Positions 50,138 to 61,290 are shown, numbered from the stretch's first letter. The stretch: DNA of 64,000 nucleotides from an uncultured Eubacteriales bacterium (GCA_900542465.1 UQNS01000001.1:195100-259099), one strand, 5' to 3'. Numbers and translations are program-made. Notes: generated by a model from the sequence alone, not told the origin.

Positions 50138-50611
50138 ATGTCTAACGTAACAATGCTTTCAAAGGATACGGTATCTGCAAAGCTTGCTGAGTGCTTTATA
50201 ACAATTGGCAAGAACAGATATAACTTTATGCAGGCTATTAAGCTGGAAGCGAAGTTTGAAAGAACAAAAACGCAGGTGCCAATCTTAGGCAAGACCGGAT
50301 CAGGTAATAAGTCCACAGGTTGGAAAGGGACTGGTTCTGCTACATTCCATTACAATACATCAATCTTTAGAGATATGATGCTCAAGTACAAAGATACTGG
50401 AGAAGATTTGTATTTTGAAATTCAGGTAACAAACGAGGATCCTACATCAGATGTAGGCAAGCAGACAGTTGTTTTGGTTGGGTGTAATATTGATGGCGGA
50501 ATTTTAACTAAATTCGATGCAGACGGCGAATATCTGGATGAGGATATGGACTTCACATTTGAAGACTTCAAAATGCCAAACCGCTTTTCTGGTTTACCAG
50601 GAATGCAGTAA
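50138..50611 (+). CDS. tail tube protein (XkdM-like)
   Basis: 157 aa. Conserved tube region FITIGKNRYNFMQAIKLEAKFERTKTQVPILG. Confidence 0.7.
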   Translation: MSNVTMLSKDTVSAKLAECFITIGKNRYNFMQAIKLEAKFERTKTQVPILGKTGSGNKSTGWKGTGSATFHYNTSIFRDMMLKYKDTGEDLYFEIQVTNEDPTSDVGKQTVVLVGCNIDGGILTKFDADGEYLDEDMDFTFEDFKMPNRFSGLPGMQ

Positions 50612-50686
50612 TTATATTTTGATTAGTAGATTAAAGAGGTGCTCGAAAAAAGCATCTCTTTTTGTTTATAAGAAAGGAATTAATAA

Positions 50687-51118
50687 ATGTCAAATTTTAG
50701 CAGATTCATGAAATCCAATAAAATTCAGAAAGAAAACACGACATATGCAGCCACTAAATCTCTTGTAGATGAAGAGGGGAAGCCATTACTTTGGACTATT
50801 AGACCTTTATCATCTAAAGATAATGAAGAGATCAGAGAGGCTTGTACAATGGATGTTCCAATTACAGGAAAGCCTGGAATGTTCAGACCTAAGCTTAACA
50901 GTTCTAAATACCTTGCAAAGATGATTTGTGCATCAGTTGTAGAACCGGACCTTTACGATAGCGAGCTCCAGGATAGTTATGGCGTAATGAAACCAGAAGA
51001 CCTAATACTTGAAATGGTTAACGACCCAGGGGAATACGCTGAGTTTGGTGCTTTTATTCAGAAGTTTAATGGTTTTACTGAGTCACTAGAGGAAAAGGTA
51101 GATGAAGCAAAAAACTAA
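50687..51118 (+). CDS. tail assembly chaperone (XkdN-like)
   Basis: Position between the tube and tape-measure genes. Confidence 0.55.
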   Translation: MSNFSRFMKSNKIQKENTTYAATKSLVDEEGKPLLWTIRPLSSKDNEEIREACTMDVPITGKPGMFRPKLNSSKYLAKMICASVVEPDLYDSELQDSYGVMKPEDLILEMVNDPGEYAEFGAFIQKFNGFTESLEEKVDEAKN

Positions 51119-51323
51119 TAGAAGAGGGCGATGCTGAGGCTAATTTTGCACATTTTGCACTGCAAAAGCTTCATATATTGCCCTCTGTTTTTTGCAACAT
51201 GGACAGTCAGGAAAAGGCATTTGTTATAGCTTCGATTAAAGCAAGAGTTGAAGCAGAACAAAAAGAAATGAAGAAGATCAAGAAAAAATAATTATATCTA
51301 CTTTTAGAAGAAAGGAGGTATAG

Positions 51324-53468
51324 ATGGCTAGTATACAGACTGCCATACAGATAACGGACAGAGTATCAGCACCAATGTACAACATAATAGGTGCTTTGGA
51401 TAATGTTATTCGTGCATATGATTCAGTCCAGTCTGAATTTGCTGAAGGCTTGGACACTTCAAAGATACAGCAGGCCAGACAACAGATAGATGCGGCAGCA
51501 CAGCAAATGACTAAGATAGCGAGTGAAACAAATACAGCGGCTAATAGTCAAAATAATTACAATGCCTCTGTTTCAAGAGGCCATTCGGCAATGGACGGAC
51601 TTGTTAGAAAAGCCATTGCTTTAGCAGGGACGTATGCATCTATCCAAGGGGCCAAAAAGGTATTAGAGATATCAGATGGTTTTGTTCAGACGAGGGCAAG
51701 AATTGATTTGATGAATGACCACATGCAGTCCACGGATGACCTCATGAACAGAATCTATAAATCAGCTCAGAATGCTAGAGGATCATTTGGCGATATGGCT
51801 GCAGTTGTTGCCAAGTTCGGTAATAATGCAAGGGATGCTTTTAGTTCTTCTGCAGAAGTTGTTGACTTTGCAAACTTGGTTCAGAAACAGATGACAATAG
51901 CAGGAGCGTCTGGAGCAGAGGCTTCTAATGCAATGCTTCAGTTATCTCAGGCATTAGGGTCAGGAGTTCTTAGAGGCGATGAGCTAAGGTCAATATTTGA
52001 ACAAGCACCCAATCTGATTCAAAACATAGCGGATTATTTAAATGTTCCGATTGGCAAGATTAGGGACATGGCCGAAGAAGGTGAATTGACGGCTGATGTT
52101 GTTAAAAACGCCGTGTTTGCAAGTGCGGATTCAATTAATGAGAAATTTAATCAAATGCCAATGACATGGGGGCAAGTTTGGACTCAAATGCAAAACTATG
52201 CTCTTATGGCTTTTCAACCTATCTTAATGAAGATTAATGAGATTGCTAACAGTCCGCAGTTTCAAACTTTTATAGCTGGCGTTCAATCTGCTATAGGTAC
52301 GCTTGTTAATTGGATAATGACGCTTTTTGATGTCATAGGACAGTTTGGGAGTTTTTTAGCAGCTAATTGGGAATATATTTTGCCGGTTATAGGTGCAGTT
52401 ATAGCCGCGATAGTAGCATATAACACTGTAAAGCTTATATCAAACGCAATAACAGCCACTAGTACATTTTTAGAATCTGTGCATGCTGCGGCTAAAGATT
52501 TAGCGGCTGGAAAAACTTTTGCAGCTACAGCGGCACAGTATGGTTATAATGCGGCTCTCATGGCTTGCCCGACAACATGGCTTGTTTTATCAATCATGCT
52601 GATCGTTGCAGCCATTTTTATTTTGTGTCAATGGTTTGCCAAATCGGCCGGGGTTGCAAATTCCGCTTTTGGCGTAATGGCTGGAGGTATCAATGTTGTA
52701 ATTCAACTCTTTAAAAACCTTGGTCTTTCTGTTGCAAATATTGGTATAGCGATAGGATTATCAATAGCAGCGGTTGCTCATAACATGATGACAGCTTTTC
52801 ATAATGCTATTGCAAGCATTCAGTCATGGTTCTATAACTTGTTATCTACAGCAATTACTGTAGTTGTCAAGATATGTGAAGCTTTAAACAAGTTGCCATT
52901 TGTTAAGTTTGATTATTCAGGTATATCAAATGCGGCAAGTGACTACGCAAGCAAAGCAGCGGCTGCACAGGCTGGTAAGGGTGAATATAAAGATATAGCA
53001 GCTGAATTTACTAAAGGTATGAACACTTTTGACACTTTTCAAGGTGATTGGGCAGGTGATGCCTTTAGATCAGGTGCGGCTTGGGGTGATGGGGTAATGG
53101 ATAAACTTCACGGTATGATTGGAGGTGTTATGCCTAGCATGCCATCAGCTGAAGACTATGATTATCAAGCTTTGCAAAGAGATATCCCGGCAGCTCCTGA
53201 ACTTGGCGATGGTGGTAAAAAGGCGAAAGAAATTGCTGATAATACCGCTAAAACTGCTGATGCTTTAAGTATTACAAACGAAGATCTAAAGTACTTACGA
53301 GATCTTGCCGAGGCTGAATACGTCAACAAATTCACCACGGCAGAGATTAAGATTGAACAGCATAACAACAATAATATCAGTTCAGATTCAGATCTGGATG
53401 GTATTGTTGACGACTTGACAGCAAAGGTTTACAGCGCAATGGAAATGGCGGCAGAGGGGGTGTATTAA
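51324..53468 (+). CDS. tail tape measure protein
   Basis: 714 aa, helical with internal TM segments. Canonical position. Confidence 0.8.
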   Translation: MASIQTAIQITDRVSAPMYNIIGALDNVIRAYDSVQSEFAEGLDTSKIQQARQQIDAAAQQMTKIASETNTAANSQNNYNASVSRGHSAMDGLVRKAIALAGTYASIQGAKKVLEISDGFVQTRARIDLMNDHMQSTDDLMNRIYKSAQNARGSFGDMAAVVAKFGNNARDAFSSSAEVVDFANLVQKQMTIAGASGAEASNAMLQLSQALGSGVLRGDELRSIFEQAPNLIQNIADYLNVPIGKIRDMAEEGELTADVVKNAVFASADSINEKFNQMPMTWGQVWTQMQNYALMAFQPILMKINEIANSPQFQTFIAGVQSAIGTLVNWIMTLFDVIGQFGSFLAANWEYILPVIGAVIAAIVAYNTVKLISNAITATSTFLESVHAAAKDLAAGKTFAATAAQYGYNAALMACPTTWLVLSIMLIVAAIFILCQWFAKSAGVANSAFGVMAGGINVVIQLFKNLGLSVANIGIAIGLSIAAVAHNMMTAFHNAIASIQSWFYNLLSTAITVVVKICEALNKLPFVKFDYSGISNAASDYASKAAAAQAGKGEYKDIAAEFTKGMNTFDTFQGDWAGDAFRSGAAWGDGVMDKLHGMIGGVMPSMPSAEDYDYQALQRDIPAAPELGDGGKKAKEIADNTAKTADALSITNEDLKYLRDLAEAEYVNKFTTAEIKIEQHNNNNISSDSDLDGIVDDLTAKVYSAMEMAAEGVY

Positions 53469-54143
53469 GTGTCATATAACTTTTATTTAGATAAAATGCT
53501 CTGCCCTGTAGCACCTTCAAAGTTGCAGATCAAGATCAAAAACAACAACAAAACCATAAGCCTTATAAACGAAGGTGAGGCTAATATTCTAAAAAAAGCA
53601 GGCTTAACTGAAATCAGTTTTGACCTGCTTTTGCCAAATGTTAGATACCCATTTGCGAAGTATAAGAATGGCTTTAAAAGAGCCGATTATTTTCTTGAAT
53701 ATATTGAGAAATTAAAGGTTAATAAAAAGCCATTTCAATTCATAGTGACAAGAGAGCTGCCAGATAAAAAGCGCTTATTTAATACAAACTTATCCGTATC
53801 GCTTGAAGAATATCAGATCTCTGAAGAGGCTAGTGCGGGTTTTGATGTAACTGTTTCCATTAAGTTGAAGCAGTATAGATCCTTTGGAACTAAAACCTGT
53901 ACGATCAAGTTTGCAGATAGCAAACCTAGGCTTAACATTCAAAACAACAGGCCCGCTAGTAATCCGCCACAGCCTCAGGGCAATGGTAGAACATATACTG
54001 TTGTTTCCGGAGATTGTTTGTGGAATATAGCTAAGAGGTTTTATGGCGATGGGTCGAGATATCCGGATATATTTAACGCTAATCGGGATCAGATAAGTAA
54101 TCCTAACTTAATTTATCCCGGTCAAGTATTTGTGATTCCATAA
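53469..54143 (+). CDS. LysM-domain tail protein (XkdP-like)
   Basis: C-terminal LysM (YTVVSGDCLWNIAKRFYGD...IYPGQVFVIP). Confidence 0.7.
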   Translation: MSYNFYLDKMLCPVAPSKLQIKIKNNNKTISLINEGEANILKKAGLTEISFDLLLPNVRYPFAKYKNGFKRADYFLEYIEKLKVNKKPFQFIVTRELPDKKRLFNTNLSVSLEEYQISEEASAGFDVTVSIKLKQYRSFGTKTCTIKFADSKPRLNIQNNRPASNPPQPQGNGRTYTVVSGDCLWNIAKRFYGDGSRYPDIFNANRDQISNPNLIYPGQVFVIP

Positions 54144-54154
54144 GGGGGGCGTAG

Positions 54155-55114
54155 ATGGATATAGAATTAATAATCAAGAATGATAATACTGTCTATGCTC
54201 TTGCACCGGAAGATGGTATTACATGGACAACGGAGCGGAAAGGTGCTCCGGGATCTCTAAAGTTCAAAATATTTCAGGATGATAAACTTGCCATAACTGA
54301 GGGTGATGCGGTCAGGTTAAAGGTGGATAATAAGCCGGTTTTTTATGGGTTTGTTTTCGCTCTAAAAAGAGATAAGGACAAACGAATAGATGTAACTGCT
54401 TATGATCAACTGAGATATCTGAAGAATAAAGATACATATGTCTTTAATGATAAAAAAGCGTCTGAGATCGTTCGTATGATTGCTGATGATTTTAAAATGC
54501 AAACAGGAAATATTGAGGATACTGAGTACAGGATAGCGTCGAGGGTTGAGGAGAACACAAGCCTTTTCGATATGATCCAAAACGCTCTTGACATTACATT
54601 ACAGAACATCAGATATATGTACGTTTTATATGATGATTTTGGAAAGCTTACCCTTAAGGGATTAGATAATATGCGGCTTGATGTGCTTATAGATGAGGAG
54701 ACTGGACAGAATTACGACTACAAGTCTTCTATTGACTCCAATACTTATAACAGAGTCAAGCTTACTTATGATAATGACAAGACGAAAACCAGAGATGTAT
54801 ATATTGCTCAAGATTCGGGGAATATGAATCGATGGGGCGTCTTGCAATATTTTGAAAAAATGCAAAAGGGAGAGAATGGGCAGTCGAAGGCCGACGCATT
54901 GCTGAAACTTTATAACAAAAAGACGAGAAACTTATCGATCAAAGAGAACTTTGGAGATACAAGAGTCAGGGCAGGGTCTATGGTAGTTGTAAATATGAAT
55001 TTAGGTGATATTCAGTTAAAAAATCTTATGCTTGTGGAGAAGTGCAAACATGAATTTAAAAATAATCAACACACCATGGATATGACGCTTAGAGGAGGGG
55101 AGTTTATTGCGTGA
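54155..55114 (+). CDS. baseplate hub / late control D-like protein (XkdQ-like)
   Basis: Gene order and size. Confidence 0.55.
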   Translation: MDIELIIKNDNTVYALAPEDGITWTTERKGAPGSLKFKIFQDDKLAITEGDAVRLKVDNKPVFYGFVFALKRDKDKRIDVTAYDQLRYLKNKDTYVFNDKKASEIVRMIADDFKMQTGNIEDTEYRIASRVEENTSLFDMIQNALDITLQNIRYMYVLYDDFGKLTLKGLDNMRLDVLIDEETGQNYDYKSSIDSNTYNRVKLTYDNDKTKTRDVYIAQDSGNMNRWGVLQYFEKMQKGENGQSKADALLKLYNKKTRNLSIKENFGDTRVRAGSMVVVNMNLGDIQLKNLMLVEKCKHEFKNNQHTMDMTLRGGEFIA

Positions 55115-55394
55115 TGCAACAGATTTATTAAGAGCAATAAAAAGAGCAGCAATGGACGCCGTAGAGGCTAGCCAGCTATCAGATTTTTGCTTCGGTAAAG
55201 TGACGAATGAAAAACCTTTAAAAATTCTTGTAGAGCAGAAGATGACACTTGAAAAGCCACAGTTAGTATTGTGTGCAAGTGTAGCCGATTATAAGGATAA
55301 GAAAAACGCACTTAAAAAAGATGAGGAAGTTGTTCTTATAAAACAAAGAGGTGGCCAGAGATATTTAGTTGTAGATAGGGTGGTGAGCGCATGA
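55107..55394 (+). CDS. XkdR-like baseplate protein (DUF2577-like)
   Basis: Gene order. Confidence 0.5.
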   Translation: MRDATDLLRAIKRAAMDAVEASQLSDFCFGKVTNEKPLKILVEQKMTLEKPQLVLCASVADYKDKKNALKKDEEVVLIKQRGGQRYLVVDRVVSA

Positions 55395-55795
55395 TACCAT
55401 CAGGGAATAAAGTTTTTACGGAAGATTTAAAAGCCGAGATAATCCCAAGTAAAAACTATAAAATGGATTTAAACAATCAGTTTATAAACGGCTATTGTGA
55501 TTGTTTAGAGGCTGTGAAGCAGGCTGTTTATAAGATACTAAATACAGAAAGATATCAATATATTATATATTCCTGGAACTATGGAGTGGAGTTCGCGGAC
55601 CTTTTTGGCGAACCGGTTGACTTCGTATGCCCGGAAATAGAGAGAAGAATCACAGAAGCCCTCCAGCAAGATGATAGGGTATTATCTGTTGATTCTTTTC
55701 TTTTTGATGTTAGTAAGAAACACACTGTAAAGGTAAGTTTTACAGTGAAAACGATTTTTGGCGATCTCAATATAGAAAAGGAGGTGAGCTATTAA
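55391..55795 (+). CDS. XkdS-like baseplate protein (DUF2634-like)
   Basis: Gene order. Confidence 0.5.
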   Translation: MIPSGNKVFTEDLKAEIIPSKNYKMDLNNQFINGYCDCLEAVKQAVYKILNTERYQYIIYSWNYGVEFADLFGEPVDFVCPEIERRITEALQQDDRVLSVDSFLFDVSKKHTVKVSFTVKTIFGDLNIEKEVSY

Positions 55796-55796
55796 A

Positions 55797-56861
55797 TTGT
55801 ATGAAAAAGTAACTTTTGAATCCTTGCTTGAAAGAATGTTAAGCAGAGTACCGGATACATTAGATAAAAGAGAGGGTTCGATTATTTATGACGCTATCGC
55901 TCCGGCTGCGGTAGAGCTGCAAATTTTATATATAGAATTGGATAATATTATGAATGAGTCTTTTGCGGATACGGCAAGCAGGGAATTCTTAATTAAAAGA
56001 GCTGCTGAACGAGGGCTTACGATAGAACCGGCAACGGCTGCAATCTTAAAAGCAGTATCAGTTCCAAGCTCGTTAGATATCCCCATCGGGTCCAGATACT
56101 CGTTGAATGAACTAAATTACATTGTCACAGAAAAGATTAAAGAGGGTGAGTATAAGGTCAAATGCGAGACTAAAGGTCTGATAGGTAATAAATATTTCGG
56201 GGATATGATCCCGATCGATTATATATCCGGATTGGAATCTATTAAACTTACCGAATTGCTTATTCCGGGAGAGGATGAGGAGGATACGGAAGTACTAAGA
56301 AAGAGGTACTTTGAAAGCTTTGAAACTATTGCTTTTGGTGGCAATAGAAAAGACTACACACAAAAGACAAACGCCATAGCCGGTGTGGGTGCTACCAAGG
56401 TTACGCCAATCTGGCAAGGTGGTGGTACGGTCCTTCTGACTATTGTGAATTCTGAGTTCAAAAAAGCCTCTAATGAACTGCTACAGCTTGTACAAAAAGA
56501 GATAGACCCGACCAAAGACGGGACCGGATCAGGTCTGGCACCCATTGGTCATATAGTGACAGTAAGATCAGCTGAGGAGTTAACCATAAATGTTACAACA
56601 AATATAACATTTCAAGAGGGTTATTCCTTTAGTGGACAGCAATCAGCTATTAATGCGGCTGTAGAGAATTATATGGCGGAAATAAGAAAGAGTTGGGCTG
56701 ATGAGTCGACTTCCGTTGTCCGAATAAGTCAGATAGAAACCAGAATTTTAAACTTGGAGGGCGTAGTTGATATATCTGGGACAAAGATAAACGGGAACAG
56801 TTCAAATCTTGTTTTAGATCAATATAAAATCCCTGTCTTAGGGGGTGTTGTGAATGGTTAG
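55797..56861 (+). CDS. baseplate J-like protein (XkdT-like)
   Basis: N-terminus MYEKVTFESLLERMLSRVPDTLDKREGSIIYDAIAP is typical of baseplate J. Confidence 0.7.
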   Translation: MYEKVTFESLLERMLSRVPDTLDKREGSIIYDAIAPAAVELQILYIELDNIMNESFADTASREFLIKRAAERGLTIEPATAAILKAVSVPSSLDIPIGSRYSLNELNYIVTEKIKEGEYKVKCETKGLIGNKYFGDMIPIDYISGLESIKLTELLIPGEDEEDTEVLRKRYFESFETIAFGGNRKDYTQKTNAIAGVGATKVTPIWQGGGTVLLTIVNSEFKKASNELLQLVQKEIDPTKDGTGSGLAPIGHIVTVRSAEELTINVTTNITFQEGYSFSGQQSAINAAVENYMAEIRKSWADESTSVVRISQIETRILNLEGVVDISGTKINGNSSNLVLDQYKIPVLGGVVNG

Positions 56862-57369
56862 AGAGGTTGAGCTTATTAAATATCTGCCTGATTATGTGGC
56901 CGATTATCGCGAGATAAAAAGCATAACGATAGCAGAAGACCCAGAATTTAAATTAGTCTGGAATGAAGCCGATAACACTAGAAACAATCAATTCTTAGAT
57001 ACTTGTGATGAGGTTGGTCTATCCAGGTTTGAAAAGCTGTTAAGCCTTAAAAACGAAATAAAGTCAGTTGACATGCGAAAGGTAGTTGTCAGATCAAAAC
57101 TGTTATTGCAGGACTTTGACCTGATTAGCTACCTTTCTTCGTTATATGGGTCTGAAAATTTTAGTGTACTGGTAAAGGGCTATAACTTATACATCAATCT
57201 TTTTACTAAGTTTGATGATATCAAGAAAGAGCTGGAGGCAACTCTTAAAGAAATGGTTCCGGTGAACATGATTACAAATATCACATATGAAAAGGCTATG
57301 CTGGGCATTATCTACCAAGGCGGTATTATTTGCCAGGCTGATGTATTTAGATTAAAGGAGGTGAAGTAA
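56854..57369 (+). CDS. XkdU-like tail protein (DUF2313)
   Basis: YLPDYVADYREIKSI...LVWNEADNTRNN. Confidence 0.6.
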   Translation: MVREVELIKYLPDYVADYREIKSITIAEDPEFKLVWNEADNTRNNQFLDTCDEVGLSRFEKLLSLKNEIKSVDMRKVVVRSKLLLQDFDLISYLSSLYGSENFSVLVKGYNLYINLFTKFDDIKKELEATLKEMVPVNMITNITYEKAMLGIIYQGGIICQADVFRLKEVK

Positions 57370-58692
57370 TTGTCCTGGAACGGATTACATTTAACTAAAG
57401 AGGGTAGGAAGGCCCTAACAAAGGCACAAGTAGACAACAAGGTTGTCTTTTATTCAATAGTGGTAGGTGATGGCAACCCACCTGCAAATTTTGACAGTGT
57501 AACGGCTCTTGTTAATCAGCTGTTTGAAATTACAGAGCTTGAGATTGAACTAACGGAAAAAGGCTGCATTTTAACTGGCGATTTTCCAAAATTAAACCAT
57601 GATTATTATTTCAGAGAAATAGGGGTAATGGTTAAAACGAATGAGGGCAATAAGCTTTATGTTTATGACAACTGCGGATCTGATGCAGAGCATATTGTTG
57701 TAAGTACAGGAGCTGAATCCACAGAGAAAAGAGTGCGACTTGAACTTATATTCTCAGATGTAGCAAATATCACAGTGGAAGTACCAAGCGTTTTGTATGC
57801 GACACACAAAGAATTGACTGACATGGGAGATTTAAAGGTTGATAAAGAACCGGGCAAGGTGCTTACATCTAATGATTTTTCCAATATATACAAAAGCAAA
57901 GTGGACAGTATCGATGGGATCAATCAGACGGTTAATGATCATAGCAAGACTATTGATATCCTTCGTTCGCACATGTCTACTATAGATAATTCTTTAGAAG
58001 ATAAAGTCGATAAAGAATATGGGAAGGTTTTAAGCTCTAACGACTACACAAACTCAGAGAAATCAACCCTTGCAAGGGTCTCTATAGGACTTGATGATGT
58101 TAATTCTGCAATATCGATCATCAGATCAGCCTTGACAGAAAAGGTCAACATTAACGGTGGTGATGTGGCTAACACTATAGTTTCTACTTTGTCCGGCGTT
58201 ACAGATAATTTTCCCATCCCGGCGGCGGGTGATAAGACAAGTACAGTTATCGGTAAGATCGCTAAGTTTTTTAGCGATGTAAAAACGTGGATGAGTAAAG
58301 TTGTTCTAAAGAGTCATATTGTAGATAACACAACATCGACTAGATCAGATTTACCTTTGTCAGCAAAACAAGGCAAAGTGATGATGGATCAGATAAATAA
58401 CCTTAACAATGCGACAGGGGCAAAAACATATACTAAATTTACTGCTAAACCAGCAGATTGGTTGGGGAAAGGTTCTCCGTTTGCCATGGTTAGTATAAAT
58501 GGTAATTTTTCATATGCACCTCCGACACGTGCAGGGACTAAAGCTTGGTATAATACCATAACTATTGGTACATCTACAAGATGTACTCAAATCGCTTTGT
58601 ATGGATTCTCAGGGGCGTCTGTTGATCAAGGAAGTATATTCTTCAGAAGGCAGCATGACAATAACGTATCCGGATGGATGAAAATATTATAA
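57370..58692 (+). CDS. tail fibre protein
   Basis: 440 aa following the baseplate genes. Non-ATG start. Confidence 0.6.
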   Translation: MSWNGLHLTKEGRKALTKAQVDNKVVFYSIVVGDGNPPANFDSVTALVNQLFEITELEIELTEKGCILTGDFPKLNHDYYFREIGVMVKTNEGNKLYVYDNCGSDAEHIVVSTGAESTEKRVRLELIFSDVANITVEVPSVLYATHKELTDMGDLKVDKEPGKVLTSNDFSNIYKSKVDSIDGINQTVNDHSKTIDILRSHMSTIDNSLEDKVDKEYGKVLSSNDYTNSEKSTLARVSIGLDDVNSAISIIRSALTEKVNINGGDVANTIVSTLSGVTDNFPIPAAGDKTSTVIGKIAKFFSDVKTWMSKVVLKSHIVDNTTSTRSDLPLSAKQGKVMMDQINNLNNATGAKTYTKFTAKPADWLGKGSPFAMVSINGNFSYAPPTRAGTKAWYNTITIGTSTRCTQIALYGFSGASVDQGSIFFRRQHDNNVSGWMKIL

Positions 58693-58702
58693 AGGGGGGC
58701 AT

Positions 58703-59107
58703 ATGGAAAAGGTAGTAATTAATAATGAGACTTTCAGAATAAAGAGTCTTAGGTATGTATCCCCCAATGTAATAAAAATCGATTTTTACAGCGAAACACC
58801 ATCGGAGTTTGGAAATATCTCAGTATTTACAGATGGGGGAGAGTTGGCTTCGGAGTTATATAATTTCAACACAGTTTGGAAGAGAGAAGATAAAACTATA
58901 TGGCTGTCTAATAATAAAAGCGTATTCCCGGACACTGATTTAATCGATTATGAAATAGTGGACGGGAATAATAGTTATTATTCGAAGTTAAGCCAGTTAT
59001 CAGATAGGCTTGATGAAACAACGGAAAAGCTGACAAGCACAGAAGAAGAGCTGACAAATACGCAGTTAGCTTTAACAGAATTAGCAGCACTAGCAGCAAG
59101 CAAATAA
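58703..59107 (+). CDS. hypothetical protein (tail-fibre associated)
   Basis: Gene order. Confidence 0.45.
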   Translation: MEKVVINNETFRIKSLRYVSPNVIKIDFYSETPSEFGNISVFTDGGELASELYNFNTVWKREDKTIWLSNNKSVFPDTDLIDYEIVDGNNSYYSKLSQLSDRLDETTEKLTSTEEELTNTQLALTELAALAASK

Positions 59108-59119
59108 GGAGGTTTAACT

Positions 59120-59257
59120 ATGAAAGCAATGACAATAGTTTATGTTAGTTTAATTATTAAAGGAAAAATAAGGTTTTCACAAGTTCTTGATGTATACAAG
59201 GAAGAAGTGAAAAAGGTTCTTATTGATTCTGATCTTGAAGTCCTTACAAAGGAGTAA
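59120..59257 (+). CDS. XkdX-like small protein (45 aa)
   Basis: RBS AAGGAGG; typical small ORF after the tail-fibre genes. Confidence 0.4.
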   Translation: MKAMTIVYVSLIIKGKIRFSQVLDVYKEEVKKVLIDSDLEVLTKE

Positions 59258-59268
59258 GGAGGTTTCAA

Positions 59269-59580
59269 GTGACACAAATAATTATTGCAATAGTAACAGC
59301 CTCCTTAGGCTCTTCTGGCTTGTGGGGGCTGATATCGCACATAATACAATCAAAGAGCAATAAGAAGAGTGCACAAGCTCAGATGTTGTTGGGGCTTGGG
59401 CATGACAGAATATGTAAGCTTGCTCAGGACTATATAGACAGAGGCGAGATAACAAGGGATGAATACGAGAATCTGGTGGACTATCTTTTCATTCCTTATA
59501 AAATGCTTGGCGGTAACGGTACTGCCGAGAAAATGATTAATGAAATTAACAAGCTTAAAATTAAGGAGGTAAAAAGATGA
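59269..59580 (+). CDS. holin-like membrane protein (putative)
   Basis: RBS AAGGAGG. N-terminal TM (IIIAIVTASLGSSGLWGLI). Immediately upstream of holin and endolysin. Confidence 0.4.
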   Translation: MTQIIIAIVTASLGSSGLWGLISHIIQSKSNKKSAQAQMLLGLGHDRICKLAQDYIDRGEITRDEYENLVDYLFIPYKMLGGNGTAEKMINEINKLKIKEVKR

Positions 59581-59840
59581 ATTTAGATTTTGTAACATTT
59601 CCAGCAATCGTAGTGATTTGCTACCTGGTGGGGCTTGGTATCAAGTCCATACCTAGTGAAAAAATTAACCAGGCAATCCCGTTCATCGTGGGATGCGCTG
59701 GCGTGGCTCTTGGAATTCTGGCATATTTCAGCATTCCGGGATTCTCAGACAATATTTTAAATGCTGTTGCGATCGGTGCAGTCAGCGGACTGGCCAGCAC
59801 TGGTGTTAATCAGTTGTACAGACAGGCTAATAAAGAGTGA
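59577..59840 (+). CDS. holin
   Basis: 87 aa with hydrophobic TM segments and charged C-terminus. Precedes the endolysin. Confidence 0.6.
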   Translation: MNLDFVTFPAIVVICYLVGLGIKSIPSEKINQAIPFIVGCAGVALGILAYFSIPGFSDNILNAVAIGAVSGLASTGVNQLYRQANKE

Positions 59841-59879
59841 TCAGGACCCTAGCGGTCCTTTTTTAGTGGAGGTAAAATT

Positions 59880-60857
59880 ATGTCATATTTAAACGGAGTA
59901 GACGTAGCGAGCTATCAGCAGGGCATTGATTTTATGGTTGTACCTTGTGACTTTGTTATCGTAAAGATGACACAGGGTACTAGCTACATTAACCCTGCAA
60001 ACGTAGATCAGTACGATAGCGCTAGAACAGCAGGTAAGCTACTTGGATGCTATCACTATGCAGCAGGCCTTGATCCAATTGCTGAAGCTGACTTCTTCTT
60101 AGAAGTGGCTCACAATCATATCTCAGAGGCTATCCTTGTTTTAGACTGGGAATCAGAGCAGAATGCCAGATGGGGTATCAACGATAAAGAGTGGATAACA
60201 GCTTTTTGTAATCGCATAAAAGAAAGAACTGGCGTTAAACCATTCGTTTATATCCAAGCAAGCGCACTTGATAAGATTGAAGGTGTAGACTGCTATGCTT
60301 GGGTAGCTCAGTATGCTAATAATGACGAAACAGAGTATCAAGATACACCATGGAACGAAGGAGCTTATGATTGCCAGATTAGACAGTACACATCAAGTCT
60401 TAAGCTCACAGGATGGGACGGAAGGCTAGATGGTAACAAGTTCTACGGAACAAAAGAAGATTGGCGCAGAATGGCAGCTGTTAACGGAGTAGCACCACAG
60501 CAGGATCAGACACCTGAGCCACAGCCAGCGCAGCAGGAACGGTGCGACAATACAGTTACATATGCTGTTGTCAGTGGTGATACATTGTCAGATATTGCGG
60601 CTAGATTTGGTACTACCTATCAGGCAATAGCTGAAAGAAACGGAATTGAGAATCCTAACCTTATCTATCCTGGACAGGTTTTGACGATCGCAGGACAGCC
60701 ACAGAATGGCGGTGAGGTATGGTACACGGTAGTAAGTGGCGATACACTCAGTGCAATAGCTGATAGATTTAATGTGTCAGTACAGCAAATAGTTAATTTA
60801 AACAATATCAGCAATCCTAATCTGATCTATCCAGGACAGAGGTTTAAAATAAAGTAA
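59880..60857 (+). CDS. endolysin: GH25 muramidase with two C-terminal LysM domains
   Basis: GH25 N-terminus ([14 protein letters not shown]). Two LysM repeats ([13 protein letters not shown]...; [13 protein letters not shown]...IYPGQ). Confidence 0.85.
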   Translation: MSYLNGVDVASYQQGIDFMVVPCDFVIVKMTQGTSYINPANVDQYDSARTAGKLLGCYHYAAGLDPIAEADFFLEVAHNHISEAILVLDWESEQNARWGINDKEWITAFCNRIKERTGVKPFVYIQASALDKIEGVDCYAWVAQYANNDETEYQDTPWNEGAYDCQIRQYTSSLKLTGWDGRLDGNKFYGTKEDWRRMAAVNGVAPQQDQTPEPQPAQQERCDNTVTYAVVSGDTLSDIAARFGTTYQAIAERNGIENPNLIYPGQVLTIAGQPQNGGEVWYTVVSGDTLSAIADRFNVSVQQIVNLNNISNPNLIYPGQRFKIK

Positions 60858-61009
60858 CAAGAAACAAAGTAACTAACTAACAATATTTTTAAAGAAAAAC
60901 AAAACAATAATAAAAAACACTTGAAGCCCTCGGTTACTTATACTGATATTACATGTATCAAATCCGGGGCTTATTTTTGTTTTATTATATGTATAATTCT
61001 GGGGAGAAG

Positions 61010-61168
61010 ATGACTACCTCGAAAGCTATGGAAATAACGGGGAGAAGTAGGAATTTTATTATTGAAACCCTACATAAACTTTGTGGTATAGGAATTATTA
61101 AGTGGAGAGGAACAAGCAGTAATGATCCTAAACAACATTATATTTTAGTTGAGAGTAAAGGAGAGTAA
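61010..61168 (+). CDS. small winged-HTH-like protein (prophage end cargo)
   Basis: ATG after GGGGAGAAG. MTTSKAMEITGRSRNFIIETLHKLCGIGIIKW. Confidence 0.35.
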   Translation: MTTSKAMEITGRSRNFIIETLHKLCGIGIIKWRGTSSNDPKQHYILVESKGE

Positions 61169-61180
61169 AGGAGAGTAAAC
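61150..61180. repeat. 3 copies of a 10-bp tandem repeat gagagtaaag
   Basis: Direct inspection; overlaps the 3' end of the small ORF. Confidence 0.8.
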
Positions 61181-61187
61181 TTGAAAA

Positions 61188-61290
61188 ATGCTTAACTCAG
61201 AAAGCTATGAGTTAAGTGAAACATCAAAACACTTAACTCAAAAGCTTGCGAGTTAAGCAAAACGCTAAAATGCTTAACTATGATATACTG
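61188..61290. repeat. about 2.5 copies of a roughly 41-bp repeat, each forming a cttaactc...gagttaag hairpin
   Basis: gcttaactca-gaaagcta-tgagttaagt; cttaactc-aaaagcttgc-gagttaag; and a third half-site gcttaactatg. Confidence 0.6.

Noticed and set aside
51140-51296. 31-aa ORF between the chaperone and tape measure as a frameshift-extended chaperone (XkdN/G-GT style)
   Set aside because: Plausible by position, but no slippery heptamer could be identified, so it is not called.
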